NCBI GenBank assembly: GCA_964486045.1
Contig: CAZALK010000001.1
Coordinates: 808,242 to 872,241 of the forward strand
Direction of reading: 5' to 3'
From: an uncultured archaeon
GTDB lineage: Archaea > Asgardarchaeota > Lokiarchaeia > Sigyniarchaeales > SOKP01
Length of the DNA: 64,000 bases
The position numbers were made by a program, and so were the translations under genes. Shown here one piece after another: positions 50,888-61,841 of this stretch. The notes under the pieces were generated by a model. The model was not told where the DNA came from. It saw only the letters and a program-made list of their open reading frames with translations, and made no database searches. How positions within the stretch are numbered: position 1 is the first letter of the stretch; the number at the start of each line of letters is the position of its first letter.

Positions 50888-52726
50888 TTATTCTATAGTT
50901 TCAAATTCATTCATATACAGAAATAATGTTAAAATTCTAGTAATTACACTGATGTTCTTTTCTTTTTCAATCAACCGTTTAGTATCTTCAATAGAAAAGT
51001 AATCTTTTAGAATATTAGATTTTGAAATTAGTTCGATGGAAAATAATTTTAATTTTGCCATCTTTGGACTCACCAAACGTCTATTACTCCAAATTTTTAT
51101 TAATTTTAGCATAAAACTCGCTAATTTTCTAATTCTAACATTTCGGACTAAATTTTCTGCTATATTATTCAATTTAAGCATGAATTTATTATTCAATTTA
51201 AGCATGAATTTTTTATTCAACCCCAAATTATTATTGAAATAGTTTACAGAACATGTTCTTGGATCAAGCGAAAAAAGGAAATCTCTAAATAATTTTGTGT
51301 GTTTTTTTCTTTCGTCGATAGAATAGGCATATTCAAAGAATTTTTTAGAAAAATATGGAGTAATGATCCAGTAGAATAGTCTAGATCTATCTTCTCCTTC
51401 TCCCGCCCACTTATAATCTTTCTCAAACTTGAAATGCAAATATTTCGAATATACATCCACCTCGCTATAGGAGGATATGTGACTCAACAGATGATTAAAA
51501 ATTACCTTTTTAGAAATTTTTAGAATATTACAAACATTTTTTATGGAATGTCGATATTTATCTGGTGTTGTTATAAGAAAATCTACTAAATCTTTATCTG
51601 AAGAAAGACCTGACGTAATATTTAGATATCTTGTTATCTCTCCTCCATAAAGTCCTGTGTAAAAAGCGATGTTATTGCCTTCTTGTTCATATATCTGTTC
51701 TGAAATATCTACTTGATTCACAAGTTCAATCGGTTGAAAACAATCTTTCATCTTTACGAGTTTTAGATATTTTTCAAAATTCACTTCATTAAATTTTGAT
51801 TTAAAATGAATAAGAGGAATACCAAACTCACTGGCAATTTTTTTCGAGTATATAGACTCATTCTCATTTTTTTTTGATATAGTATAAGTAATTCCATTGG
51901 GGGAAACACCCAACTTTATTAAACCGGCTAAAGTTGCTCTGGAATCAAGACCTCCACTCAATGAAATAATCTGTTTTCTCGATCTTAATTTATTTACCCT
52001 ACTCTCCAAACCTAATAAGAAGTACCGTTTGAGATTTTTAACATAATCCTCCTCCTCGTTAAGGAAGGGGTGTTTGGCTAAAAACTTTGGATAATTTAAT
52101 CGACCATTAATGCTGGCATCAGCATTATAAACTATGAAAGAACTTGGCATTAATCTCGTTATCCTTTCAATCAATGTCCTTTCTCCAAGCACAAAACCAA
52201 ATAATAGATATTCTACAAGAGATTTCTTTTCAAATTTAATTTTATTGACATACGGATAAATGAACTTGATTTCTCGAGAAATAATAATAAAATTATCACC
52301 TTCATACCAGTATAATGGTAATCTTCCTAAAGAATCGTTGAATAAACAAAAAACATTTTTAATTTTATCATAAATAACAATTATAAACTCGCCATCAGCT
52401 ATAAATTGAAATTTTCTTATTTTTTCTTCAAAGTTATTTTTATCTGAAGCAGAATCAAATATTTCATAAAGTAATTCCTTAATTTGTTCATCATCCATAT
52501 TATAAATCATTCCTTCTATCAATATTATAAAAGATTCATCATCAACTATTTCTATAGGATATTCTTTATAGGCAGTTGACCCGATAATAACGTTGGAATT
52601 TTGGAATAATACCCTCGATTTATATGAAGGATAATGTAACATCTTTTTTTGGATATCCTCGAGTTTCTGTGAATCTAACAAAGATTTATTCTTCTTTTGA
52701 GAGAAGATGATATTTATACCGACCAT
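50888..52726 (-). CDS. Asparagine-synthase-related ATP-dependent amide ligase lacking the N-terminal catalytic Cys
   Basis: MVGI instead of MCGI; DGEF, ND.LGRLPLY, SLSGGLDSR, TGLYGGE. Confidence 0.8.
   Translation of the reverse strand: MVGINIIFSQKKNKSLLDSQKLEDIQKKMLHYPSYKSRVLFQNSNVIIGSTAYKEYPIEIVDDESFIILIEGMIYNMDDEQIKELLYEIFDSASDKNNFEEKIRKFQFIADGEFIIVIYDKIKNVFCLFNDSLGRLPLYWYEGDNFIIISREIKFIYPYVNKIKFEKKSLVEYLLFGFVLGERTLIERITRLMPSSFIVYNADASINGRLNYPKFLAKHPFLNEEEDYVKNLKRYFLLGLESRVNKLRSRKQIISLSGGLDSRATLAGLIKLGVSPNGITYTISKKNENESIYSKKIASEFGIPLIHFKSKFNEVNFEKYLKLVKMKDCFQPIELVNQVDISEQIYEQEGNNIAFYTGLYGGEITRYLNITSGLSSDKDLVDFLITTPDKYRHSIKNVCNILKISKKVIFNHLLSHISSYSEVDVYSKYLHFKFEKDYKWAGEGEDRSRLFYWIITPYFSKKFFEYAYSIDERKKHTKLFRDFLFSLDPRTCSVNYFNNNLGLNKKFMLKLNNKFMLKLNNIAENLVRNVRIRKLASFMLKLIKIWSNRRLVSPKMAKLKLFSIELISKSNILKDYFSIEDTKRLIEKEKNISVITRILTLFLYMNEFETIE
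51164..51220 (-). repeat. In-frame 24-nt tandem duplication (KFMLKLNN x2)
   Basis: attattcaatttaagcatgaattt twice plus a partial third copy. Confidence 0.9.
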
Positions 52727-52938
52727 TAATTTTAAAAATCATTTATATTTTGTATTATTTTCCAAAAACTTGGAAAGAAGTTATCAACCCCAATATTAAA
52801 TTTGAAAATATTCAAAGATTTCTATAAATATTTGGTCATTACAGCATCCAAATCATTCTTTAGACTGATTTTTATCTAAATCTAATTTTAAGAATAATAA
52901 TAGCTAAAATTTATCAGAATTATCTAACGCATATTGAT

Positions 52939-53175
52939 TCATTTTAATCCTGCAAAAATCCAGTCATCTTCATTTCTATAGAGAATATTAAAATCAGAAT
53001 AAAAATCTGTTTGAAAATCCATATTAGTAAATTTTGATAAAAATAAGAAAGTTTTAGCATTTAGGTGTATTTTAGAACAAATTATTGGTATGGATTTTTC
53101 AATTATAATTAAATTCTTTTTTGACTGATTCTGGTTAATATAATAAATTTTTTTTAAAATATCTTTGATTTTCAT
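52939..53175 (-). pseudogene. Chimeric ORF: unrelated 5' gene stub fused to orphan 3' fragment (2 of 3) of the family-B membrane protein
   Basis: The last ~31 aa (KFTNMDFQTDFYSDFNILYRNEDDWIFAGLK) match family B; the first ~46 aa do not, and have their own GGAG upstream. Confidence 0.8.
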
Positions 53176-53211
53176 TATATTTTAAACTTCTCCGTTTTTT
53201 AAAGGATATAA

Positions 53212-54339
53212 TTAGTAATTATACAGTTCCCTTTTTATTATTTCAACAATTCTCTTAGCCGTTTTTCCATCCCATTTTTCTATATTGCTTCCTTTTTTAT
53301 GTTTATTTAGAACAATTTTGTTTAAATGTATCTTTATTTTCTCAATATCATTCCCTACTAAGTTATTTGTACCTTTTTTAATTGTAATCGGTCTTTCCGT
53401 ATTTTTTCTCATGGTAAGTACTGGGATTTTAAGATATGATGCTTCTTCTTGGATCCCTCCAGAATCTGTAAAGATTAATTTTGAATTTATCATTAAATTT
53501 AGAAACTCGTGATAACCAACAGGATCGGTTATTAAAATATTTTTATTTTCAAGATTTTGAAGTAATTCGAATTTGATAAGATTCTTTTTAGTCCTAGGAT
53601 GAATTGGAAAGATTATTTTAATAATTTTCCCAATGTAGTTTAAAATCTCGACAATTTTTATCAAATCCTTTTTGTTGTCAACATTTGATGGACGATGAAG
53701 AGTTACAAGAACAAACTGCTTTTTTTCTAAATTGAAATTTTTATAAAACTCAATATCTACTGCTCTAACTAGATTATTAATAAGATTGTCAATCATAATA
53801 TTACCTACAAAAAAAATTCTTTTTGAGTTAATTCCTTCTCTTATTAAATTTACTTTCGCGCTTTTCTCTGTAATAAATAAAAAATCTGCTAGCTGATCTG
53901 TTAAAATTCGGTTTATTTCTTCAGGCATCTTTACATCAAAACTTCTTAAACCGGCTTCAATATGAGCAACCTTAATGAATAATTTTTTTGCTACTAAAGC
54001 ACATGCTATAGTTGAATTGACATCCCCAACAACAATTACCAGATCAGGTTTCTGTTCTAAAATTATTTTTTCAAATTCTATCATAATCTTTGCTGTTTGT
54101 ATGGCATGGCTTCCTGATCCTATGTTTAAAAAATAATCTGGTTCTTGAATACCCAGATGATCAAAGAAGATTTTAGACATATTATAATCATAATGCTGTC
54201 CTGTGTGTATTAATTTAAAATCAAGATTTTGATTATTCAATTCCTTAATGATAGGACTAATTTTCATGAAATTTGGCCGGGCGCCTGCGATAATATAGAT
54301 CATTCTATTCATTTTAGATCTTTTTAAAAAAACTTTCAT
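53212..54339 (-). CDS. wecB: UDP-N-acetylglucosamine 2-epimerase (non-hydrolysing)
   Basis: GARPNFMK, HTGQHYD, VGDVNST, HIEAGLRS, MPEEINR, TDSGGIQEE, TERP. Confidence 0.95.
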   Translation of the reverse strand: MKVFLKRSKMNRMIYIIAGARPNFMKISPIIKELNNQNLDFKLIHTGQHYDYNMSKIFFDHLGIQEPDYFLNIGSGSHAIQTAKIMIEFEKIILEQKPDLVIVVGDVNSTIACALVAKKLFIKVAHIEAGLRSFDVKMPEEINRILTDQLADFLFITEKSAKVNLIREGINSKRIFFVGNIMIDNLINNLVRAVDIEFYKNFNLEKKQFVLVTLHRPSNVDNKKDLIKIVEILNYIGKIIKIIFPIHPRTKKNLIKFELLQNLENKNILITDPVGYHEFLNLMINSKLIFTDSGGIQEEASYLKIPVLTMRKNTERPITIKKGTNNLVGNDIEKIKIHLNKIVLNKHKKGSNIEKWDGKTAKRIVEIIKRELYNY

Positions 54340-54481
54340 TTAAAATGATTTTTAATTGATTTAATAGAAGTTAAAATAATTCATTAATTTAATTATCTTT
54401 AAATTTATAACTCATAACATTATAACTCAGTATCATTTTGAGATATAAATATATTAGTAGACTTGTAAATTATTTGTAATA

Positions 54482-54545
54482 ATTCTTCATAGGCAGTTAG
54501 CCCGATAATAACAACAGAGTTTTGGAATAATGCACTAGATTTATA
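54482..54545 (-). pseudogene. Internal remnant of the asparagine-synthase-related gene (50888..52726)
   Basis: YKSSALFQNSVVIIGLTAYEE versus YKSRVLFQNSNVIIGSTAYKE; DNA aligns to 52561..52624. Confidence 0.8.
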
Positions 54546-54574
54546 GAAATGACAATATTTATACCGATCATTAA

Positions 54575-55372
54575 TTATATTGATTTTAATTCTGCAAAAA
54601 GCCAATCATCCTCATTTCTGTGTAAAATATTAAAATCAGAGTATAAATTTGTTTGAAAATCTACATCAGTAAATTTTACATTAAATAACACATACGAAAC
54701 ATTCATAAACTCAATATCTCCTTTAAATTCGATGTAATCAGTGGAATTTAGATAATGTGTAGAATTACAATCAAAAATATAATATATTTTTTCTAAGTTT
54801 TCTACTTGTATTAAAGCAGACAAGAAGTGAATATATTCATCATCCTGATTCTCAACACGTAAAATTTTTTCTGCATACAATGGATTTTCATCGAAGTAAT
54901 TACCAGCAAACAAAACAACATCTGTTTGCCTATCAGTAAAATAATAACGCGTCCATTCTGATGTTCTTGGATAATTAAGATTATAATAAATTCCATATAG
55001 GAAAATAATTGACATCATGAGAAATGCGTTAGTAATTCTTTTTATCGATTTCTTTTCTATAATTTTTCTAATTCCTCTATTGTTGACTATTTTTTAATTT
55101 AATTTAATTTTATAAATTGATCTTTTCGCTAAAATTATAATAAATACAAAAGGGAAAACAAACAGTATAACCCAAAATCCAGAGAATAATTTAATTAGAC
55201 GTATGAGGTAAAGGTCCATAAATGCATTAATCCTTGGGAGAAAATAGATAATAAATTCAATATATAAATTAAAATTATTAAAATAAAAGTATATTTAATA
55301 AATCTAATTAAATATCTCTGTTTTTTATTGAAGTGAAGGAATTTATAAACTGGAATAAAAATTCCGATGACT
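54575..55372 (-). pseudogene. Orphan 3' fragment (3 of 3, ~800 bp) of the family-B membrane protein
   Basis: The 147-aa open part matches the C-terminal domain; upstream DNA continues to match (LFSGFWVILFVFPFV, VIGIFIPV) with lesions until about 55372. Confidence 0.88.
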
Positions 55373-55480
55373 TTCCAAACTATTATTGTTTCTAATTTCC
55401 TTTATTTTTGAATTCTTTGAGTAGTGTTATCGTGACACCAAAAAAAGAACAATAACTTGTTTATTTAATTTCCAAATCAG

Positions 55481-56830
55481 TTACAAAGTAGAATTTAGAG
55501 TTTCTACAATATTATAAGGGAAATATTGGCCTGTTCTTCCAATTAAAGAGATTTTTGAAGTTATCTTTTTTAAAGCTTCTTTTAAACGAACTATCTCTTT
55601 GTTATAGTCAACAAACAGTAAAGGATACGCTTCCTCGTAATAATTACTTCCTAAATATTTTATTTCTGATTTTCTTAAATTGTACAATGAACAAAATTGA
55701 TTTAAAGATTTTTTAATTAATTCAGAAGGATTAAGGATCTTTTTGTCTAATGTTATTTCTAGACAGGCGGAAGTTTTATTTTTTGGAGTCATAAACGGAC
55801 TAATTTTATTTGGCTCATAAATTCTATGAAAAAGAATATTCGGTATCATAATATATGATGCGTGTACTTTATCACCAAGTAAGTCTTTTTTATTAATACT
55901 TATATTTATTGTAAGTAATTTCCTATATTTTAATTGATTATAATTCTTTAATTTTAAAATATTGATAAGATCTAAGATTGAAGCTGCCCAGTATATTTTA
56001 TCAAATACTTCAGTATAAACATTTTTTCCGTACATGTATTTTATTCTAATGTTATCGTTATATAAGGTTAAATCTGTTATCGTAGAGTTTGTTTTAATTA
56101 TTCCATTATTTAGTATAATACCATCTTTCAAGAAATCAATTACTCCCTTACATCCATATTTGGGGTAAAGATATAAATTATTAAGCTTTAATTTATCCTT
56201 TTCCGAATATTTTGGGTTAACCCTTTTATGCGTATTTGAATTGAAACCTTTTTGGATTATTGATTCAAGATTTTTTTGGATTGTATGTCTAATTCGTGGG
56301 GGTGTGACTCTAGCTCTAAAATCTTTAGATATATTTGAAATTTCAAAATCCCAAAAATTTGACATGAAAGGATACATGTGATCTTGATAAAATTTTGATC
56401 CCCATGAATTAATCAATGAATCTTCAAGATTTTTTTCTTTAACTTTATGTTTTGAAGTGTTTAAGTAAGAAATAATAAATTTTATCATAGATAAAATATT
56501 ATTAAATTTGAGATTTTTAATAATTCTTAAATCTGGTGGAAAAACTAGATCAAAACCAGGTTTTAATTTTATATTAACTTTGATTGGGAGAGGTATATTT
56601 ATTGAATTCACTCTTTCACACAAATCATTCCATATCTTGTGAAATCTGGGGGGTATATGTGGACCTACATCAAAATAATACGATCCATTTCCATATTCAA
56701 ATTTGATTGTATGTAATTGTCCTCCTAAATTCTCCGTTTTTTCCAATATCTGGACATAGTGTCCTTCTTTCAGTGATGAATATGCTTTATATAAACCCGC
56801 TATGCCTGCTCCAATTATTAAAATGCGCAT
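55481..56830 (-). CDS. FAD-dependent oxidoreductase, UDP-galactopyranose mutase/protoporphyrinogen-oxidase-like family
   Basis: IIGAGIAGL, LEK...LGG, FDVGPH, YPKYG, RIYEP, AYP, IGRTGQY. Confidence 0.75.
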   Translation of the reverse strand: MRILIIGAGIAGLYKAYSSLKEGHYVQILEKTENLGGQLHTIKFEYGNGSYYFDVGPHIPPRFHKIWNDLCERVNSINIPLPIKVNIKLKPGFDLVFPPDLRIIKNLKFNNILSMIKFIISYLNTSKHKVKEKNLEDSLINSWGSKFYQDHMYPFMSNFWDFEISNISKDFRARVTPPRIRHTIQKNLESIIQKGFNSNTHKRVNPKYSEKDKLKLNNLYLYPKYGCKGVIDFLKDGIILNNGIIKTNSTITDLTLYNDNIRIKYMYGKNVYTEVFDKIYWAASILDLINILKLKNYNQLKYRKLLTINISINKKDLLGDKVHASYIMIPNILFHRIYEPNKISPFMTPKNKTSACLEITLDKKILNPSELIKKSLNQFCSLYNLRKSEIKYLGSNYYEEAYPLLFVDYNKEIVRLKEALKKITSKISLIGRTGQYFPYNIVETLNSTL

Positions 56831-57095
56831 TTTATGAAACTCCTTAAGCTATCTAATTTACTCTTACTTAAATTCTCTCAGTTATTTTGTAGTAACTATC
56901 TTTACTATAGGATATATAATCTTTTAGCAAGAAAATATAATGAAAAATATGGAATACACAAAGTTTGAGCAATGTACTAAAACAATATATTTCAGTTAAG
57001 AGTCGCCGAAATTTTTGATTGCATTAACCTACGATTATTTCGAAATTATTATGGTTATAGAAGCTGAAAGTTATGAGATTTACCTAACACATTAA

Positions 57096-59321
57096 TCATT
57101 TTATTTTTATAAACATCCAACCATCCTCATTTATATATAGAATATTAAAATCATTAGTGAGATTTGTTTGAAAATCTACATTAGGAAATTTTATAGTAAA
57201 TAAACCATAAGAAATATTCATAGCCTCAAGATTTCCTTTAAATTCAAGGTAATCCGTGAAATCCAAAATATCGTCAGAAGTATAATCAAAATTAAAATAT
57301 CTTTTTTTTAAGTTTTCTACTTGTATTATGTCATACAAGAAGTGATAATATGGTCCGTTCTCAACAAGTAATATATTTTCTTCATCCAATGGATTTTCAT
57401 CGAAGTAATTTCCAGCAACCAAAACAACATCTGTTTGGCCTTCATCAAAATAATGAGTTGACCATCCTAACGTTCTTGGATAATTAAGAGTATAATAAAT
57501 ACCACTTAGGCAAATAATTAATATCGAGAAAAATGCGTTAAAATATCGGTTTATTAATTTCTTTTCTTTAATTTTTTTAAATCCTCTTCTGATGGCTAAA
57601 ATTTTATATAATCTAAATTTCCTAACTATTCTCTTCCCTATAATTTTTCTAAATCCTCTTTTGTTGGCTAATTTTTTATATATTATAATTTTCCTAATTA
57701 ACCTCTTCACTAAAACTATGATAAATACAAAAGGGAATAAAAATATTATAACCCAAAATCCCGAGAATAATTCAATAAGACGTATGAGGTAGACTTCCAG
57801 AAATGGTTTAAGATTCTGGGGAAATTTGATCCATTCCTCCGCCATATAAATTAAAACTGTAAAAACAAAACTAAATTTGATAAATCTAACTAAGTTTTTC
57901 TGTTTCTTATTTAAGTGAAAGAAATAATTAACTGGAATAAAAATTCCGATGATTATAAAAATTATGCCCGACCCAAAAATCCAAGAAAAATGGACAATAT
58001 TAGTGTTTCTAACTGGGGTAAAAATAAGTTTAAAAATGTCTAACTCAAAATCTCCCATTTTTGTGTTATATAAAAGGTCTTCAGCCATTTTAATAAACAT
58101 TTCTCCAATCTTAAAGATACCAGATAATGGGTCATAAAGATATAAAGGTTTAAAATAAAAAGAATAAGCATCCCACAAGGCATTACCAAAAGTCAATGAG
58201 TAATATATAAGATAAGGGAGCATCATCACGAAGAAAATTGATAAAATTGAAATAAGTTGTAGAAAGAATTGTCCTATATTGATTAATTTAAATGTCATAT
58301 TTGATCTGTTTCTTATTAGTGTTATAATGAAGGAAAAAATCTCAAATAAAAAATAAAAAATTATGTAATAAAGTCCATACAGAGGATGAGCCATAGTTAT
58401 CCCAGAGAGGATAATCCCTCTTGTTAGTATGTTTTTAATCTTAAATTTCAAAAAAAACTTTTTTCTTAATTTATTTTCATTTGAGAGCATATTTACAATA
58501 GATCCTTCTTTAAGCGTTAATATAAATAGGAATCCTAATGTAGTACTTAAGGTTGAAGGTACCAGCATGGAAAAACGATAAAAATAATATTGATTACTTA
58601 AAAAGAGTAGTAAAGCACAGAAAATTATAATTTTTTTTTTAAAAAAGAATTTTAAAATTTCATATAAAGCAATTAAATTTATAACTGTTAGGAAAAATGG
58701 CAAATATTTGCAAAAAAAAAATGCATTTAGAAAATTATCATTCAATGAGATTAAGCTTGAGGTGAATAATACAAATCCAGGAGGGTATACTCCAACCAAA
58801 TCAAAATTTAATGACCTATTATTATGGATAGACCAAACTTCTCCAAACCATAAATAAGGGTCAATACTAGGGTAGCCTATACGTTGCCATATGATAAACA
58901 TTTGAAATATATAGAGAAGCACAAAAATTACGGCTAGCATTAAGAAATTTGAAATATTGCTTTTTAAAAGAAGGAACATTTTTTTCCAGGTAACTGCTTT
59001 TATTTTTTCCTTCAGTTTTATATTATTTTTCTTAACCCTATAGATTATGAAACATATATCTATTACTATAAAAGGTAAATATATTGTTAAAACATTAAAT
59101 ATCTGAAAAGTGATTATGATAAGTAAGTAAAATACATGAAGACAAACACCTATAGCAAAAGATATTAATATAAATGAAATTTTACTCCCTCTCTCGATTC
59201 TTTTTTTACTAATAAGTAAAAAGCCAATAGAACCAAATATTGAAAAAATAATAAAATAAGCGAAAAATTGGAGTATTGTAATTATGAAATATCCTTCAAT
59301 AAAAAGTAAATTTAAAATCAA
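57096..59321 (-). CDS. Multi-pass membrane protein, putative GT-C-fold glycosyltransferase (family B, copy 1)
   Basis: About 13-14 TM segments, YPSIDPYLW, YPPGF, YRFSM.VPSTLST, HPLYG, soluble C-terminal domain. Confidence 0.75.
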   Translation of the reverse strand: MILNLLFIEGYFIITILQFFAYFIIFSIFGSIGFLLISKKRIERGSKISFILISFAIGVCLHVFYLLIIITFQIFNVLTIYLPFIVIDICFIIYRVKKNNIKLKEKIKAVTWKKMFLLLKSNISNFLMLAVIFVLLYIFQMFIIWQRIGYPSIDPYLWFGEVWSIHNNRSLNFDLVGVYPPGFVLFTSSLISLNDNFLNAFFFCKYLPFFLTVINLIALYEILKFFFKKKIIIFCALLLFLSNQYYFYRFSMLVPSTLSTTLGFLFILTLKEGSIVNMLSNENKLRKKFFLKFKIKNILTRGIILSGITMAHPLYGLYYIIFYFLFEIFSFIITLIRNRSNMTFKLINIGQFFLQLISILSIFFVMMLPYLIYYSLTFGNALWDAYSFYFKPLYLYDPLSGIFKIGEMFIKMAEDLLYNTKMGDFELDIFKLIFTPVRNTNIVHFSWIFGSGIIFIIIGIFIPVNYFFHLNKKQKNLVRFIKFSFVFTVLIYMAEEWIKFPQNLKPFLEVYLIRLIELFSGFWVIIFLFPFVFIIVLVKRLIRKIIIYKKLANKRGFRKIIGKRIVRKFRLYKILAIRRGFKKIKEKKLINRYFNAFFSILIICLSGIYYTLNYPRTLGWSTHYFDEGQTDVVLVAGNYFDENPLDEENILLVENGPYYHFLYDIIQVENLKKRYFNFDYTSDDILDFTDYLEFKGNLEAMNISYGLFTIKFPNVDFQTNLTNDFNILYINEDGWMFIKIK

Positions 59322-59660
59322 AACAGAACCACTTTTACCTTATAATATTAAAAGAAAAAATTTAAAAGTTGTTATTAGGGGATTTAGTTGTCATTGATAA
59401 TTGACCTGATTTTAGAAAAAATGAGTTAAAGAATAAAATTCTAAATATTCAGATTTATGTTTCTTTAAATATTATTTTCATTAATAAATTTCAAATCTCT
59501 ATAATTGTTATTTACAAGAAAATCATCTAAATAGCTTGAGAATTATGCATAGAAAATGGGGACTTGCCCCCAACATGTAGAATATTTTTTTACTAATTCT
59601 GAATAATTCTTCAATTTCAAAATTTCCATGAAAGATGATAACTATCTAACACATTTTTGT
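59322..59660. repeat. 339-bp intergenic spacer duplicated at 61842..62180
   Basis: Both spacers are exactly 339 bp and alignable (gaaccactttt, ttataatatt, gttgttatt, ttcaaatctc, tcttcaatttcaaaatttc). Confidence 0.85.
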
Positions 59661-61841
59661 TCATATAAATTTTGCAAAAATCCAATCATCTTCATTTCTA
59701 TATAGAATATTAAAATCAGAATACAAATTTGTTTGAAAATCTTCGTCGGTAAATTTTACGTTAAATAAAACATATGAAACATTCATAAATTCAATATCTC
59801 CTTTAAATTCAATGTAATCAGTGGAATTTAAATAATGCGTAGAATTAAAATCAAAGATATAATAGTCTTTTTCTAATTTCTCCACTTGTATTAAGTTAAA
59901 TAAAACGTGAATTAATACTTCACTCTGATTCTGAATAAGCATTATTTTTTCTTCACCTAGGGGATTTTCATTGAAGTAATTACCAGCAAACAAAACAACG
60001 TCTATTTGGCTATCATCAAAATAATAACGTGTCCATCCTAATGTTCTTGGATAATTAATAATATAATAATAACCACTTAAGAAAATAATTGACATTACGA
60101 GAAATGTGCTAGCAAATCTTTTAATTAATTTCTTTTCATTAATTTTTGAAATAGTTTTTTTCTTGGCTATATTTCTACTTAATTTGATTTTACAAATTGA
60201 TCTTTTCACAAAAATTAGAATAAATGCAAAAGGAAACACAAATAATATAACCCAAAATCCAGAGAATAATTCAAATAGGCGTCTGAGGTGCAAATCTAAA
60301 AACGCGTTAATTCCTGTTAGAAAATAGGTAACATCATTTGGTAAAACATCGATAATACCCCTTAACAAATAAATTAAAAATGTTAAAATAAAGGTAAATT
60401 TAATAAATCTAACTAAAATTCTCTGTTTTTTATTTAAGTGAAAGAATTTATTAACTGGAATAAAAATTCCGATGACTATAAAAAATATCCCTGTTCCAAA
60501 AATCCAATAAAAATGTGCGATATTACCAATATTGATGGAAGCAAAAAAAATATTAGGAAAATAACTCTCAATATCATATATTACGGGAAGAGTTAAAAGA
60601 AATTCAGCCAAATTAAAAAAAAATTCTCCAATCTGAGCAACACCAGGTAACGGGCCAAAAAGATATAAAGGTTTAAAAATAGAAAATACTTCAATAAAGG
60701 AATAACCTAAAAACAATGAATAAAATACGATATAAGGAAGCAACATCACTAAGAAAATTGAAAAAATTGAAATTAGTCGTAGAAAGAAATGTCCCATATT
60801 GATTTTTTTTAGCTTTCTATTTATCTTTCCCTTTTTTAATCTTATAAGGAAATATAATATTTCAAATAAAAAATAAAAAATTAAGTAATAAAGTCCATAT
60901 AGAGGGTTAGCCATAGTTATTCCAGAAAGGATAATCCCTCTTGCTATAATGTTTTTATTCTTAAAATTTAAAAATACCCTTTTTCGCAATTTAATCTCAT
61001 TTGAGAGCATATTGACAATTGATCCTTCTTTAAGCGTTAATAAAAATAGGAATCCTAACATTGTACTTAAGGTTGAAGGTAACAGCATTGAAAAACGATA
61101 GAAGTAATATTGATTACTTAAGAAGAGTAGTAAAGCACAGAAAATTATAATTTTATTTTTAAAAAAGAATTTTAAAATTTCAAATAAAACAATTAAATTT
61201 ATAGCTGCTAGAAAAAATGGCATGTATTTGCATACAAAATATGCAATTAGAAAATTATCATTAAATGAGATTATGCTTGAGGTGAATACTACAAATCCAG
61301 GAGGATATACTCCAAAAGCCTCAAGATTCAGTGTGTTATGCTTTTGGATATTCAAAATTTCTCCAAACCACAAATAAGGGTCAATACCAGGGTAACTTAC
61401 ACGTTGCCATAGAATAAACATTTGAAATATATAGAGCAGTACAATAATTGTGGCTACCATTAGGAAATTTGGTATATTGCTTTTTAAAAGAATTGAAATT
61501 TTTTTCCAGCTAACTGTTTTTAATTTGTCTTTTAGTTTTACTTTACTTTTCTTGAAGCAATAAATTATGAAACATATATCTATTATAATAAAGGGTAAGT
61601 ATATTGTAAAAAAATTAAATATCTGAGAAGAAAATATGATGAATGAATAAATTATATGAAGACAAACTCCTATAGCAAAAGATATTAATACAAATGATAT
61701 CCTATTCCATTTCTCCGGTCGTTTTTTACTAAAAATTAAAAAACCAATAGATCCAAATATTGAAAAGGTAATAAAATAAGTGATAAATAGGAGTAGTGCA
61801 ATTATGAAATATACATCAGAAGTAAGTATATTTAAAATCAA
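59661..61841 (-). CDS. Multi-pass membrane protein, putative GT-C-fold glycosyltransferase (family B, copy 2)
   Basis: Paralog of 57096..59321; YPGIDPYLW, YPPGF; conserved TTG start. Confidence 0.75.
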   Translation of the reverse strand: MILNILTSDVYFIIALLLFITYFITFSIFGSIGFLIFSKKRPEKWNRISFVLISFAIGVCLHIIYSFIIFSSQIFNFFTIYLPFIIIDICFIIYCFKKSKVKLKDKLKTVSWKKISILLKSNIPNFLMVATIIVLLYIFQMFILWQRVSYPGIDPYLWFGEILNIQKHNTLNLEAFGVYPPGFVVFTSSIISFNDNFLIAYFVCKYMPFFLAAINLIVLFEILKFFFKNKIIIFCALLLFLSNQYYFYRFSMLLPSTLSTMLGFLFLLTLKEGSIVNMLSNEIKLRKRVFLNFKNKNIIARGIILSGITMANPLYGLYYLIFYFLFEILYFLIRLKKGKINRKLKKINMGHFFLRLISIFSIFLVMLLPYIVFYSLFLGYSFIEVFSIFKPLYLFGPLPGVAQIGEFFFNLAEFLLTLPVIYDIESYFPNIFFASINIGNIAHFYWIFGTGIFFIVIGIFIPVNKFFHLNKKQRILVRFIKFTFILTFLIYLLRGIIDVLPNDVTYFLTGINAFLDLHLRRLFELFSGFWVILFVFPFAFILIFVKRSICKIKLSRNIAKKKTISKINEKKLIKRFASTFLVMSIIFLSGYYYIINYPRTLGWTRYYFDDSQIDVVLFAGNYFNENPLGEEKIMLIQNQSEVLIHVLFNLIQVEKLEKDYYIFDFNSTHYLNSTDYIEFKGDIEFMNVSYVLFNVKFTDEDFQTNLYSDFNILYRNEDDWIFAKFI

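Noticed and set aside
59558-59570. GGGG-acttg-CCCC hairpin in the spacer
   Set aside because: Only a 4-bp stem, and not preserved in the paralogous spacer
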